64,000 bases of DNA from Ptychomitrium polyphyllum (GCA_973851085.1 OZ316775.1:21018001-21082000); one strand, 5' to 3'; shown: positions 1 to 14,081, counted from the first letter of the stretch. Numbers and translations: made by a program. The notes: generated from the letters alone by a model not told the origin.

Positions 1-922
1 AACTTGTGAATCCAAATCGTGTGTGACATCACTTCCGCTTACCGTATCGCCAGCACTGGACTCGATGGCACGTGACACAATCTTACATCATCTTCTCAGA
101 TGCACAACCAAATCATGAAGTCCTCTCTCTCAAAAAACGATGCCGCCAGCGACCTTACACTAGAGCACCCCACTTGCATCGATCAATCAGCATAACTTCA
201 ATTCATTAACTGCACTTGGATTCCAAAAGGCTGCATGGCCCGTGCAATACGTGCTGCCAGGAAGCTGAGCTCATACTCGCACTTTCTTGTTCGCTTTCAG
301 CTTCTTCAGATTGCGAGAGTGCAGATTTGCTTTCGGTGGTCCCAGCAGGGGACAGTAGTCCTAGGTGCTCTGCTTTACGTCACGTCGCCACATGCGCAGG
401 GCCTCTTTATTCATGTCAATCCCTTGAAGGATTGAAATTCTTTCTCTAGTAGAGCTCTATTCGTATTTCAGAAACCGTCTATGTCCATGTCGAGTCCAAA
501 CACATCGGACGATGCTTCCTGTAGTCTAGTTGCGTTAAAGCTGTGCTTATCTGCAGTGAGTGAGTGCACTTGTGACTCCTGAATGCCAATTCGTTTTTGA
601 GAGGATCTGTGAATCTCTAGGTGCCCCGATTCGATTGCAGTTTGCACTTGATGCTTATCTCAGAATTGTTACAGCGCTCGCATTTGTCTGTCTAAGCTCT
701 TGTTCTCATTCCAGATCCTTTGTAGCTGAGCACCACAATCTGGACACCTTGAATTACTCAAACGGTGTTCTATGATCTGCTGCAAGTGGTGCTGGTGAGG
801 GCGATTGCAGACTCTTGAATGTGAGGATTAATTGCTAGTTTGCTTGATCATTGCATTCATCGGGTGTTACAGGGAGTTTGTGTAAAGAGAAGTTGTGGCG
901 ACGAAGTGGGTGGAGCGATAGA

Positions 923-955
923 GGGTAGGGGAGAGGGTTAGGGTTAGGGTTTGGG
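923..955 (+). promoter_or_regulatory. G-tract cluster (potential G-quadruplex) containing a telo-box, in the PAM18 leader
   Basis: GGGtaGGGGagaGGGttaGGGttaGGGtttGGG has six G-runs of 3 or more and ends 17 nt before the ATG. It contains TAGGGTTT (reverse telo-box AAACCCTA) at 945-952. Confidence 0.5.
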
Positions 956-972
956 AGAGCAGGAGGGAGAGC

Positions 973-1311
973 ATGGCGTCGCTGTTGGTGGCGGGGTTCT
1001 CAGTTGCAGCGGTGGCGTATGCGGGGAAGTACGGGATCGAGGCTTGGCAGGCGTACAAGACGCGCCCGGCGACGGCGCGGCTGCGGAAGTTTTACGAGGG
1101 CGGGTTTCAACCCGTGATGACGCGGCGTGAAGCGGCATTGATTTTGGGGGTGCGGGAGAGCGCGGCGCAGGACAAGATTAAGGAGGCGCACCGCCGTGTC
1201 ATGCAGGCCAATCATCCGGACGCCGGGGGCAGTGATTACATCGCATCCAAGATTAACGAAGCCAAGGACCAGCTCCTCGGGCAGAAACGCGGCAGCGGGT
1301 CGGTGTTTTAG
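973..1311 (+). CDS. PAM18: Mitochondrial import motor J-protein PAM18/TIM14 (112 aa, intronless CDS)
   Basis: The ORF has an N-terminal hydrophobic anchor followed by FYEGGFQPVMTRREAALILGV...AHRRVMQANHPDAGGSDYIASKINEAKD, the typical Tim14/Pam18 J-domain with the HPD motif. Confidence 0.95.
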   Translation: MASLLVAGFSVAAVAYAGKYGIEAWQAYKTRPATARLRKFYEGGFQPVMTRREAALILGVRESAAQDKIKEAHRRVMQANHPDAGGSDYIASKINEAKDQLLGQKRGSGSVF

Positions 1312-3028
1312 GTGGTCGCTCGGGTCGGATCTCGGTTCTGTTCCGAATTCTTAGAGCACAAGCCTTGCTGCGGACTCCATCGAGCTTCCTTGACTCAGTA
1401 ATGTCCTCGCTCCATCTTAGCAGATTGTGCTTCCTGTTTGCGTCTCAAAGCTCCTGCAACTATTAGCATATCCGATAGTGGGACGCTATCTCTCCACTGC
1501 AACTGTCCAGTGTCCGTTGCTTGAAATTCCAGCACGATGTGCCCTACCGGAGGATTAAAAGCAGCAGAGAATCAGGAGTGAAGGACTGCACCAGGTCATG
1601 TTGGAGCTCTTCACTACCAGCGCCTAATCTTCAGCAGCAGCAGCTACGGCTGTGGCTTTGAGAGGATATTGGGGTCACGTTAGAGACCATTCGACATGAT
1701 CCTGGGAGCAGGATATCTTGGCATATGAGCATGGTGATAATCTTGCCTTCATGACCTCACGCGTATTTTCTTTGTTTCCTCGATGTACAGTTCCCAAGTT
1801 TTGTAGAGATTTTCAAGACTTCCAGACCAAGTTTGTGTTCAGTTTCTAGGGTAGTGTGATGGCGCTGTACAGCTTTCTTCCCAACAACTATAGTCACAGT
1901 GGATTTAAGGCCAGAAGGCGTTTGTTCGATGACAGAACTAGGCTTGGCATGTTGTGTTTCCATCACTTACGACATACAGTTAGGAGTTGTTTCTTTCCAC
2001 CTTGCACTGAATCTGCATCTGATATAAAACGTTGGATCATTGTCTATTACACAGCAGGATTTTGCATTACAGTTCGAAATAAGGGAACTTTCATTACCAA
2101 TCGCTGATTCTCCTGATTCCAGCTCACAGCTTGCTTAGATCTCCACCATCCATTACAGGTAGTTTAGAGACTCCTGGCGATTATGAATGAGTCTCAGCTG
2201 GAGTTTCGCTTCTCGAACTTTGGAAATTCACCCTTTCATTTCATGAACAAATGAAGGTGAGAATGTGCTCATCCATTGTGTTGCTTCATTACTCATTCGG
2301 CTCCTTACGGCTGGCGGCTCCACGCGAGGTTTTTGTATGGTAAGTGCATCAAAAACTGTCTCTTTTTGAAAAAGGCTCCTTTACTACAGTGCTCACGTAG
2401 TAAGTTTCTCACTTCCTTGACAATTTCATGTTTATTTCCTAAAACAAAAATGTAGCAAACTCCGGATTCTATTGTTTTTTTTTAAGTAGTTTCCAAAAAT
2501 ATCATCATTATATTATTAGAACTAAGCATTGAGTACCGTACACTCCAAGATTAGTAACCTTAATGTCTTGGAGTGGTGGAGAGGTATACACTATATTATT
2601 ATTAGGGTGAGTTTTGGAGGAGGTTGTATGACTCTTGAAATGAATCTGTGTCCTGCTTTCAGTTATGCGTCTGTTTCAGTTTCTGTTTCAAATGTTGATG
2701 TTTATGTCATGGGTGCCGCCAAATGGTAATGTTGATTGAGCATGACTATGACCATGAAGTTCAACTAAGTATTAAAGGACAATGTTTTTAAATGATGAAC
2801 ACTGATTTTTAAACTGTACTCTTGAATTAATACAGACAGAGGGCAAATGAACAAAGAAAAGAGTCTAAGGAACTTAAATCTTGTTAATATTTAAAATTCT
2901 AAAACAATGCATTAAAACGCACAATCAGTTTACTATAATTATAATTTCAAACAATGGTCTTGAGTTTTTCATATAAAGGTATTAAAACCAATTTCAAAAT
3001 TTTGAATGGGAAGAGTGGATTTAGTATG

Positions 3029-3029
<1 letters not shown>

Positions 3030-3113
<84 letters not shown>
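3030..3113. repeat. (TA)n microsatellite
   Basis: About 84 bp of near-perfect TA repeat, bracketed by two copies of GTGGATTTAGTATGTAATATA (starting at 3015 and 3114). Confidence 0.95.
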
Positions 3114-3116
<3 letters not shown>

Positions 3117-4612
3117 GATTTAGTATGTAATATACATATGTGTGTGTTTTTAATTCACATGTAAAAATTTCTTTTATAAATGATTTTATAAAAATAAAAA
3201 ACTTGATCTTTTAAAATGTTTACATGAGATTCAATTTATATTATTAAGTATGCCAAAAGTCCTCAGTCAAGGGCGTATATGATGTGGGATCAATACATTA
3301 TTGTAGTGTTCAGAATTTTTGTTCAAAAGAATGAATTATAAAAGCTTTGCCAGTTAAAAATAATTGAACATTAACTGCATGCACTGGTTGTTATATCTCT
3401 TCTAAAAAACTAATATAAAGTTATTTTGAAATCAGTATGAGACTTTTTGTGGATTTTTACATGTTTATTTATTTGCTGTTAAAATGAATTTACCTTTTTT
3501 TACGTTCCCAGATATGAAAAGTGATTGGAAGTAGTTTGAATCACAGAATTCATATAATATTTTCAGGATAAGAACATTTCTTATAATATTTCCTTATATG
3601 TATGGTTGTCCTCAGCGCTTGAGTTTTATTTGGTTTTTGCCGGCCCCCCACAAAGTGGAATAGAAATTCCGTCGCAAGCACCCCTACTTAAGTTGTGGGC
3701 TCAAAAAATCTCCAGGGCAAGAAACATCCAACAGCTAAAAATGGAACATTTCGCCGTTCCCAACAACTTCAGACGAAGAAACGCCTCCCTGTCAACAACC
3801 ACAGCGCATCAGCCTCCCCACACGAAACTTTTACTTTTCCACCTCGCATCGTGCGCCCAGGTTGTCGTCCCCAGCCGTATGGGGCATGCGTACGGTCGTA
3901 CCAACTCAGTCAGCGGGCCCCACAGCCCTCGGGTCTCGAAAAGAAAGCATAGAATCCCAACTCTTCCCTCGAAGGCCAAACCTCACCTACTCCCCATCCA
4001 TTACGCTCCGTACCTCGTCACGTTGCAAATCCAGCAATCACGTCCGATAAGGGACGCCCATTCCCAAAACCGTGGCTGCGCACCCCCCCCTGCCCAGAAT
4101 CTACCACTTCGGTCTATGCCCGTGTCTTAATCTACCACCATCGTCGAGCCTGGTCGCAGACGGAGAGGCCAATTTCGGAAGTACTTGCGCGCCTCGAAAT
4201 CACTCAACTAATCCCAAAACCGTCGCCACACACCCACGCTCGCAATGACTCTCTACGGGGATCGTACATTCCATTTCAAAATATCTATAGGCTGTGTAGA
4301 TACTGCGTTCTCTACTCTGTTTTTCTGGTGCTGCAACGATTTCGGGGATCGCGCAGCGCGCACGTACATCCGTAATGGCGCTCTGGAGCGGTGGGGATCT
4401 ACGGGGCGATGGTAGATGAGGCGGCGAGCGGGGAGCGGTTTGGTAGATGCGGGGTGGCTGCGGCAGAGCGAAGGTGCTGCAGTGGCGAAGAGGCAGACGC
4501 AGGGGAGCGGGAGTGAGAAAAGGGAGGAGAATTGCGGAGAGGAGGCGAGGAATGGAGTCACACGCGGGGTTGTAGTCTGTGGAGGGCGAGGCTGCGCGGT
4601 GCGGGGTGGTCG

Positions 4613-7600
4613 ATGGCGTCCGTGGAGCGGACATGGCACCCACGAGGTTTGATGTGGACTGTGGTGATGTTGCTTGTGGTGGCGCAGCCGTGCTACGGGC
4701 GTAGCAACCGCGACATCATGCACGACGATGTGGATACGCCGAAGCAGCCCGGGTGCGAGAACAGCTTCGTTCTGGTGAGTGGATCCGTCGTTTCTTCGGG
4801 AGGTGTGAGGATTTGAGAGAATTCGAGTGATGGAGTGGATTTGAAGCTGGAGTGACGAGAGGCTCGGGTTGCGGAGCGTGAGGATGATCAATTCGTGTGG
4901 TTTAGAATTTCGTGCGAGAGTTGTGTAGAGGTGCGTGAGCGTGCGATGATTTGGCGGAATTTTAGTGTTATGGTAGAGCTTTGTGTCGTGGCGGCTCTAT
5001 TGATGCAAGCAACTTGGCGACTGTTATAGAATTCTCTGCTGTGTGATGATTTGCTATTTTCTGGGAGCCTCTTGGTGTTGGATTCTTGAGTGGAATTTGA
5101 AAAACGTCAGAGTTCAGTTGGAAGTGTTGAGAGCTAGATTGCATTTGAGGATTGGCGACGGGGAAATATGGATTGTGGAGCAGCTATTGCAGTTTATGGA
5201 CTGAATTCAGTCGAAGTGAGCTGTGATCAGGGTGTCATTTTTTAGTGAAATTTTGTCCTAGTTGACAAGCATTTCGCAACTAAATGTTGAAGAGAGAACT
5301 ATATTAATGGTAGGTGCTGGCAGGCCATTCGTGGTAAGCATGAATTGGCAACGATAAATCTGGTGCTAGTCCAGCCATTGAAGTCTGTGAGATCTTTGCT
5401 CCATCTGGAAATGGTTCAGATTCTTAGCTGCAGTGACTGGGTGGCAGGAGTTTTCTTTTATTTTAGTTTGTTACCTAAGATACTCGTATTGCAGGTAAAA
5501 ATAAGAACCTGGATGGATGGTATTGAAGCGACTGAGCTAGTGGGCGTAGGTGCGCGTTTTGGGGAGACTATAAAACACTATGGCAAGGAGATTAATGCCC
5601 TCCAGTTGGCAGTACCAAGTCCTGCTAATTCATGCGACGCGTCCGTTTTACCGGTTAGCGTCTCAACTCTTCAGTGTATTGTATATGTAAATAATTTATC
5701 TTTTGGTTGAAACAGATGGATCGTGAGCTTTGTTGGAGTTGAAGGTGGGTTAAGATTGAAGAGCCTAGGACCGCCTGAATAGGGCATTTGTCGATACAGG
5801 ACCAGATACAATTAATCTGCAGAAGCGGGTGGCCTCTGAGTGCACTTCGTTTTTGCAGCAAACGATTGTTCATTAATTGTTGAGCCAGGAAGTGCTATTT
5901 GAGACGATTTGAAGCTTTATATTGACTAAAAAGTCTTCTTCGTAAATGCTTTTCGTTGTTGCATTTTTTTGTTTGTTGGTTTTATATTAGATATATTAAC
6001 TTCGCTTCTCCTTACAGCTGACGGGTCGTGCCGCGCTGGTGCGGCGTGGAGAGTGCACCTTCACAAAGAAGGCACGAATGGTACAAGCAGCGGGTGCCAA
6101 GGCCCTTATTGTCATTAATGATAAAGAAGGTACTTGAAGGACATACTTCTCACTTGTCATTCACAAAACTTCAAACAGGTACCTGGTCTCTCTGTATTCG
6201 AGTGGCCGATTAAGGTTTCAGTTCAAAGCTTTTGGCAGTCAACAGCTGTTCTGCTTTTTCATAGTGTCCTATGTACCAAGCAAGGAAACATACAGGGTAA
6301 AGAAATTGCTGACTATTAGTTTTTGCATATGTTTCCTTGTATGTTTAGAATATGAGCTATCGATTTCTGGCGATAGAGTCAGCTAAACATATGCTTGAAA
6401 TACGCTATTTTAAGTCTGCAATTCAGATGTTAGATGTTTTTGTCTTGTGTCAAAAAAATTCTTTTCTGAGTGGATATAAAAGGCTTAGTTGCAAATAGCA
6501 CGTAATCATTATACGACTTCATTGTTGTTGATTTTATTTTTTTGATGTATATATGTTTTCTGTAGATTTATACAAAATGATGTGCGAAGATAACGGCACC
6601 TTCCTAGATATCAACATCCCGTCGATAATGTTGCCCCAGTCAGCTGGGGATACCTTGGAGGCTGGTTTGCTTCGTGATGAAACAGGTGCCTTGTTTTATG
6701 CTCTCTTACTTTGATTGGTCTGCACTATCTGTGGAAATTGTTTTGCTGAAGAAGTAATGATATCGAACTTAATCAGTCAGTGTGTTCATTAGATAAATGG
6801 GCAATGCTACGGCCTCATTATCAAATTATACGTTTTTTACTGATCTGTACTGCTGGTTTACTTTGAGGACTTTGTGAAATATCTTAATTTTGTAGGAAAT
6901 TGCACAACATCTTGATTGTTTTTTAAATTTAATTTTTCTGTTTTTGTGGGTTCTAATCGACTTTAATGCATATTTTCGTGTATGTCTGGCCCGTTCTGAA
7001 AACAATCCTTAAAATTCTTTTCATTACAGATTATTGTACACTTCTTTAATACTTTCTTTGGTTTTGTTTCCAACAGCTAAGGTCTTGATGTTTTCTCCAA
7101 AGAGACCTGTTGTGGACATTTCTGAAATATTTTTGTGGCTGATGGCCGTCGGCACGGTTCTTGGCGCCTCTTTCTGGTCAGCGTGGACTGCCAAAGAAGC
7201 AGCTCAAGAACACTACAGAAGCATTAAGGTACGGTTGGTTCACAAGTTTTTGCGCATTGTTATCAACTTGAACAGACGTGTCCTATACTTTTGTGGTGAC
7301 CTGTAGGCAGAGGTGATTAAGAAACGTGGAGGTATTGAAATGTAGGCTCTACATATGGATTGTGGAAGTTCACAGGGTCTGTAAACAGGAGTTTGGTGTG
7401 GCTTCCTCTGCTTGGATTCTAGACGCTTGTGTGTGTGGGCCATGACTGTTTTAACACGTCTGCTTGGAAATTAGTCGCCTGCTTCTGAAGGTTATGACAA
7501 GCTGTGATTTTCTTATGTTGTTTACACAATATAGGAGGGAGGAGATCCTTGTCTTTCTGATGCCGAGCATGATACGAACAAGGATGTGGTGGATATCAAT

Positions 7601-10600
7601 GTTGTATCTGCGTGCTTATTTATGGTTCTTGCATCAGTATTTTTGCTGGCGCTCTATTATCTTATGTCGCAGTGGTTCCTTATTGTGCTGGTCATCCTTT
7701 TCTGTATTGGTGGTTTTGAGGTACTTCCCATGATCTCGCGCATAACTCATTATTTTTGGTTGGTATTGAGCTATATCAATCTCTGCGTGCAATCGCAACT
7801 AGAATCTTAAAGTCTTGATACATTTTTTGATTTCTCAGAAATTCTTGCTCCATGTAAAGCTTTGTTTCATGAAACATGAATTGATGCTCACCTTCATTTC
7901 ATGTCTATCTTTCAGTTTTAAAGTAATTTGAACCCCTTTGAAGGCTCCTAGGAGAAAGAAAATTCCTTGATTGCATTGAAAGCTTGGGAGATTTATATAT
8001 AACTTCCTTTGCATGTTTCTTTTTAAAACGGATCTGGGAAGTAGTTATCATACAACAAATAACGTTTTTGGTTTTGTTGGCGATGGTTGGATTGTGCAGG
8101 GTCTGCAAACGTGTATGGTATCCCTCCTCTCCAGGTAAAGTAGGACTTACTGTTAGTGTCTGCTGTCAAGGCTTTGTTTTCCTGATCTTTTGGAGATATG
8201 AATAGGATGCAACGTGGTGGCAATTAAGAACCTTAATACAAAACAATAGTAATTGAGTGATTCTGATGTGGCTGGGGCTCAGTTTACTTCTTTCTGGAGT
8301 TTTGAACTATATTCTTATAATTGTGTATTATTTTCTAAATCGTTGTGCCCTCTCTAAGGTAGTGTTCTTCTCTGTGTATTGCTGTAGATGGTTTCCCCAA
8401 GCAGCAGGAACATACTTCAGAGTGCCATTTTTGGGATCCATGTCATTTCTTTCACTTACAGTGGCCCCCTTTGCGCTGGTATTTTCAATATGCTGGGGAG
8501 TCTATCGAAATCTCAGTTTTGCCTGGATTGGCCAAGACGTACTTGTGCGTATCCTCCTTTACACTTAAGCACACCCTTCTGTTTTTGAACCTACTTTAAA
8601 GCTGTGTCTTGAATTCTAATACATGTTGTACTCCCAATTTTCCACTTTTATTATTCCTTTAACAATACGCTTAGGTACTTATTATTATCGCTTAGGTAAT
8701 TTGATATCACTACACATCTAATGCGTTCTTAATAGGCGAAACTGGTTTTTTGCAGGGAATTTCACTGATTTTGAGTGTTCTCCAGATCGTGCGTATACCG
8801 AATATCAAGGTCAGTTTCTCAGTTTTCGTATCCCGTCTTCGAGGAGTTCCAGAGATTGACTATATTTGCAGAGCACTAATAATGTATGATAAGTTTCAGA
8901 GTTGCAGTTGTTTACTTTTGAGTGCACTGTACTGAGTGTAAGCAGGTCTCTGCCGTGCTACTGAGTGCTGCCTTTGTGTACGATATATTCTGGGTGTTCA
9001 TATCGCCACTTATTTTTGAAGAAAGCGTCATGATCGTGGTATGGACGATAAGCTTTCTTCCATATTTGAGATTCTTGTTTATTGCGATCGTCCACATTTA
9101 GCTTGCTTTCAAGTACTTCGATTTTTGTCTATTACTTCAATTGATACACCTATTGGCCAGATAATGAACTGCCTAATTGTATCAGGGCAATATTTGGGCA
9201 TTCTGCTATACAGTAATGCGCAATTCGTGATACACTTTGTTCGTAAGTTCTGGAGTTTCTGATATTATAGCTTTGCTGGACCAGGTTGCTCGGGGAGATA
9301 AGAGCAATGGAGAGGGTATTCCTATGCTTCTGAAAGTCCCACGCCTGTATGATCCGTGGGGCGGCTACAGTATCATTGGCTTTGGAGATATTCTGCTTCC
9401 AGGGCTTTTAGTTTCCTTCTGCCTGCGGTACTTCCCTGCGTGCTATTTCGTGGCTTTTTTCTGTTTCTGGGTGTTAGAATCAGTGTAATGCTTTTCCTTT
9501 ATTGTGCTCATGTTTGAGTTTCGTTATGTATTACTTGAAAGTTGATAAGGTTTGGTTATTGTTTATGAACATTTTTTGGTAACTTATTAAGTTTCAAATA
9601 CTGATATCGAACTTTTATCTTCTATATGCCTGACTTAAAGCTCCGAGATCCTTTTTATCGAATCAGGATAGAGTTTGTGTTTGCAGTTTCTTATTTACAG
9701 TGAAGATTCACTTACCTAGCGTATGAAGGGTCAATCGTTTATTAGTTCCCCCTTACGAATTGTACTTGTTGCTTGTGTTTTTCAGATATGACTGGGTGGC
9801 AAAGAAAAGTCTTTTTAATGGGTATTTTTTGTGGACGTCGGTGGGTTATGGACTTGGTAAATCCTCGCATGTTCTTAGGAGCCTATATCTTTACTACTGT
9901 AGTGAAGACCAATCTTAATTGGCATAACTTCACGCGAGTAGTTTGAGTGAATTACAAGTAACCCTTGCGATTATTTTCTCAGGACTTATCTCTGGATTTG
10001 ATCCGCTTTTGAAGTGATGCACGAAAGTACCATGCAAAAGCGAAACACCTCTAGATGTTAGATGATGATGTGAGATGCGTATTTGAGAAATTGGAGGAAT
10101 GCGATTTATGTTCAAAAAATTAATGGATATGATTTATTGTACAGGGTTGTTTTGGACTTACGTAGCGCTCAATTTGATGGTCGGAAATGGCCAACCTGCA
10201 CTGCTCTATATAGTTCCGTGTACTTTAGGTATTGTTCCAACTTCATTCCATAAACCATGCATAGTAGATAAATTGCGGTGAGGACATTATGCTATACGTG
10301 TTGCCTCTTCAAGCCTACCCTTTTGTGTGGTTTGTGATCTAGGTGATAAAGCTAGTAATTTATTTTACATCAGATCTTCAATATAGCGTCATGAAGAGAA
10401 GTATTTTAGTTGGAATGTATTCTGTGCCATTTTGATCTCTACAAATTTAGCATAAGGTAGGCAATTTCCAAGAAGAATCTCATAAGGATTTGACCAATTT
10501 ATCGTGCTGTTTTTTTTATTGTGCTAGGAACCGTGCTCATTCTCGGGTGGTGGAGGGGAGAATTAAAATCTTTGTGGACTAAAGGAGAACAAGTTTCTCC

Positions 10601-10652
10601 ACTTGAGAATTTAACGGATTCAACTCGCATTCACAACTATCTAAATAGGTGA
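4613..10652 (+). CDS. SPPL: Signal peptide peptidase-like (SPPL) intramembrane aspartyl protease with PA domain, 14 exons, ~550 aa
   Basis: GT-AG exons 4613-4774, 5495-5653, 6018-6129, 6566-6685, 7077-7228, 7535-7720, 8100-8134, 8388-8544, 8756-8809, 8946-9038, 9285-9427, 9786-9856, 10145-10228, 10528-10652 sum to 1653 nt. The product has a signal peptide, PA domain ([13 protein letters not shown]), catalytic YD (FVYDIFWVF) and GFGD motifs, and QPALLY. Confidence 0.93.
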
Positions 10653-13600
10653 CGACTGGGTCAAAGTTCATTACACAAATAAACAATGATTCAGAATTAA
10701 TAGTTGAGTTTTTGGCAATGTCATTTACTTAAAGCCACATATGACTCTAAAGCTTAAATTTGATAACAATGAACATCAAATTTTGTGGAGTTGAGAAACG
10801 ATTCATCTCCTTACAATAGAAAGTTGGTAGAATGATATGCCTCTGTACATTGCTGTAGTGCTCATAGTTACAGGTTTTTTTTATTTATTGTAAAGGGTTG
10901 ATCAGTAATGGAGTTTTGGTTGGATTTTGGAGTACTAGCCAAATTCTTCTTGCCATGCTCGTCCATTGGATGTTCCATTTATACTGTAAGTTACATTTCG
11001 TGTAGTGAAACCCAAGATCGTCTGCAGAATAGTTGTGTGATTTCACTATTGCTTTGTACCACTTGCAACATTCTGTGTTTGATATGCTTTTGCCATTTGC
11101 GTTGTCAGTGCTGTATTTTGAAATCATCCACTGCATTCAGAAAGAAAAATCTCCGAACTCTCCAGGTCATGGATCTCACGGGGGAGAAAAAACATACAAT
11201 AGCACCGCTGGTATTGTTGATATCAGAATCCCTGTGAAGTGATATACATGTGACTGTTCTTATGCAGCACCTCTGAAAACCAAGTCAGCTTTTGACAAAT
11301 TTTCATTTCAAGAGCTACATTTTGAGTATGAGTGAACAAAACTCTGAGATCTCAACACAAAAGTTGTAATAAATGATATATTACACAATCTTAAAAGAGA
11401 CTTCTCCTAAAAACCCATTAAATTTAGGGACATATCATGGACATAATTTGTTGATTACGTTATCAACACAATTTTGGACATATCTTTTGAATTTTGGAGT
11501 ACCAAAATTAGTTTACACTTCTTTCTTTAATCTAATATTACCGGGTTTATTACCGGGTTTTTAGATTTTGGATGGATAACAAATTCAAATTAGTGCCTAT
11601 GCCATTTTTGTTATTATTTTATCCATTTTATTTTTATTCTTATTCTTATGCTGGTTGACTAACATTTGAAGTCTTGAACAATTTGAATTTTTGTAAGAAT
11701 TTTATTGTAGTATGTTTAAAAAGCAATAAGTTGGAATTATACTTCACCATCAATTTTGTCTTTTCTAATAATAATATTTTTACTAATTTGGATTTTTTGC
11801 TAATTCTAAAATACCAAAATTATAGAGTCATATCTCCATTTCAATGTAGTTATGGTTTCAAATTTTTGATATTTCCTTCATTGCCTACATGTACACATGA
11901 ATATATTTTTAAAATTATATCAAATACCTTTATATATATATATATTTGTATATTTCAATAATACAAAAAAATTTACAACAATTTGAATACTTTTTTACAC
12001 ATGATTTTCAATAAACCTAAATTCTTGGAGAATCTTGGACTTCTACTTACATAAAAATTTGCCTTCATTCCAATGTTTTATGGTTCCAAATTTTGAACAT
12101 AATTTTCATTAGTTAAATGACAATGATGATCAAAATTTGGAGCCATAATTCTTTGATATGGAAGCCTCTTACTATGAACTTGGTAGTTTGAATTTAGCAA
12201 AATCTTGTTCTTGCATTAAAAATATCCATAAGATAGGTATAATTTTTTGTCTCAATTGTTTTTAAATTTTTTTTTTTTTTTGGATGGATTAATTAATAGT
12301 TCTAATACATTAAAAACATTTGGTTCATTTCATTACTTCTTCTCACTTCATATTATTTCCAAATACTATGGCTTTCAAGGATCAATCTTTCATTGATAAG
12401 TTTTAAAAAGTGAAAGGCATTGATAAGGTTTTAGAATTATATTCATAGCTTCATGTTCCTAATTAAAATAAGCTTTATAAGATGTAAAGTAGGTTGTTCA
12501 AAATCAATACAATATTTTTACTAATGAATCATTTATAAAGAAATTAACTTCCTTTGAATTTTAAATAAAGTGTTGGAAATTCTTTTCTTCCATGCTTGCT
12601 TTTGTGTTTAATTTTATAATTAAAAACTTACTTTTTTCAACTTTAATAATTTATGGTAAACTAATATTTATATTTTCATTCAGATTTTTTTAAATTAAAT
12701 TGGAACTTAATCTTGGTTTCTCCTACTTAATTAAAATCTCCTTATGTACTAAATTACTTATTTTCACAAAACTTAATCATGTACTTTTGTATATCATTAT
12801 TCATCAAAATTTTTATCTTTTTTCTATGTTTCATGCTTTCATCTATTATTTTAGAGTCACAATTAATATGTTGTAAATTAATATGCAATTTGTAAATCTT
12901 TATCTAATTTTGATAATTTGAAATCATATAAGAAGCTTCAACCAATATTTGAGATTTTAATGATATTCAAGTCAAGCCATGCATTTGTTTTTATAAGACA
13001 AAATCAAGACGACAAAACCAAGTTTCAAGTTTGTGTAGTGTTTTTGTTTAATACAATTAACATGTAGTATCAATTTTATGTTTTTGATTTTTTTTGAAAT
13101 CAATGTGATCTTTTGAAGCAAAATTAATCAAAAAAAAAAGTAAAAAAGCTATCTTCAATCCAAGGTAGCATTGTACAAATAATTTTTTTTAAAAATAAAT
13201 TGTAGTGAAAAACATTATATTTCTTACCATTCTTAAATTATTTTTTTAAAATTACATTATATGTAAAAACAATGGGAAAATTCAAATCACCGTAAAGTCA
13301 TGTCAAAGCCACGGTCATATCCATTGAATTTGTTATCCTTATGAACCAGTGAATATTATGAATTTTTCAGAATTTCAAAAAAGAGTGGAAATTAGATTTC
13401 ATACAGAAGGTTAGTTAGAAATACTCACATAAAGAAAGAATCATTCAATGGCCAAAGTTATGAGTCAATAATATTAAATTGAAACACAATTTTGAAGAGA
13501 GTGCATAACAAAAACCATTTCGCCTCTGAGGAGACATCAAACTCACAAACATCTTTGTTCACAAATGCCATTCAGTTTTTTCCCTTCAAAGGAAATCGGA

Positions 13601-13795
13601 TGAAAAACATAAACGAATGAGAGTTGGTGATGTTCAAAGAATCATGTCAACTAGGCTTGACATTGGTTCATTCTACCTTACATTTGATTCATTCCCATCT
13701 TTTACAGAACCCAAGTTCATTTTCTTCCCTTCCCTTCCTTCCACACACACCACTTTACCTGACTCAAATATTGCCACACGGCAGCCGGATATGAC

Positions 13796-14081
13796 GACAC
13801 GTGTCCCCTAAAACGTATTACATTAACAAACACATCGTCCAAGATTGGAGCCCAGCATCTGAGCATTAAACCCAGATTATGCTAAATGAACCCTAAAACC
13901 TGGCAACACAGTTCATAACATTCTGGCACAAGCATATTCATAATATACGGTCATCATTCAGAGGCCCTCACAAGCGACTTACATGTGGGCGTCCTCGCAT
14001 GCCAGCTTCGCATGCCAGCTTGGCAGAATGTCGTCCCATCTAAGTGGACCAGCCTGCTGAGCCCACCAGCGTCCGCCACGT
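13796..14081. promoter_or_regulatory. G-box/ABRE-like elements upstream of the sterol glucosyltransferase gene
   Basis: Palindrome GACACGTGTC at 13796-13805 and GCCACGT at 14075-14081 lie in a GC-richer island within AT-rich intergenic DNA. Confidence 0.4.

Noticed and set aside
3606..4130. 174-aa ORF upstream of SPPL
   Set aside because: It has a non-ATG start and no recognisable domain, and it lies in the GC-rich promoter region.
4200..4891. Long minus-strand ORFs (147 and 212 aa)
   Set aside because: They are antisense shadows of the GC-rich SPPL leader and exon 1, with low-complexity Pro/Arg/Ser composition.
11300..13500. Very AT-rich tract as a transposon remnant
   Set aside because: No terminal repeats or TE protein motifs could be recognised by eye. 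A repeat-library search would be needed.
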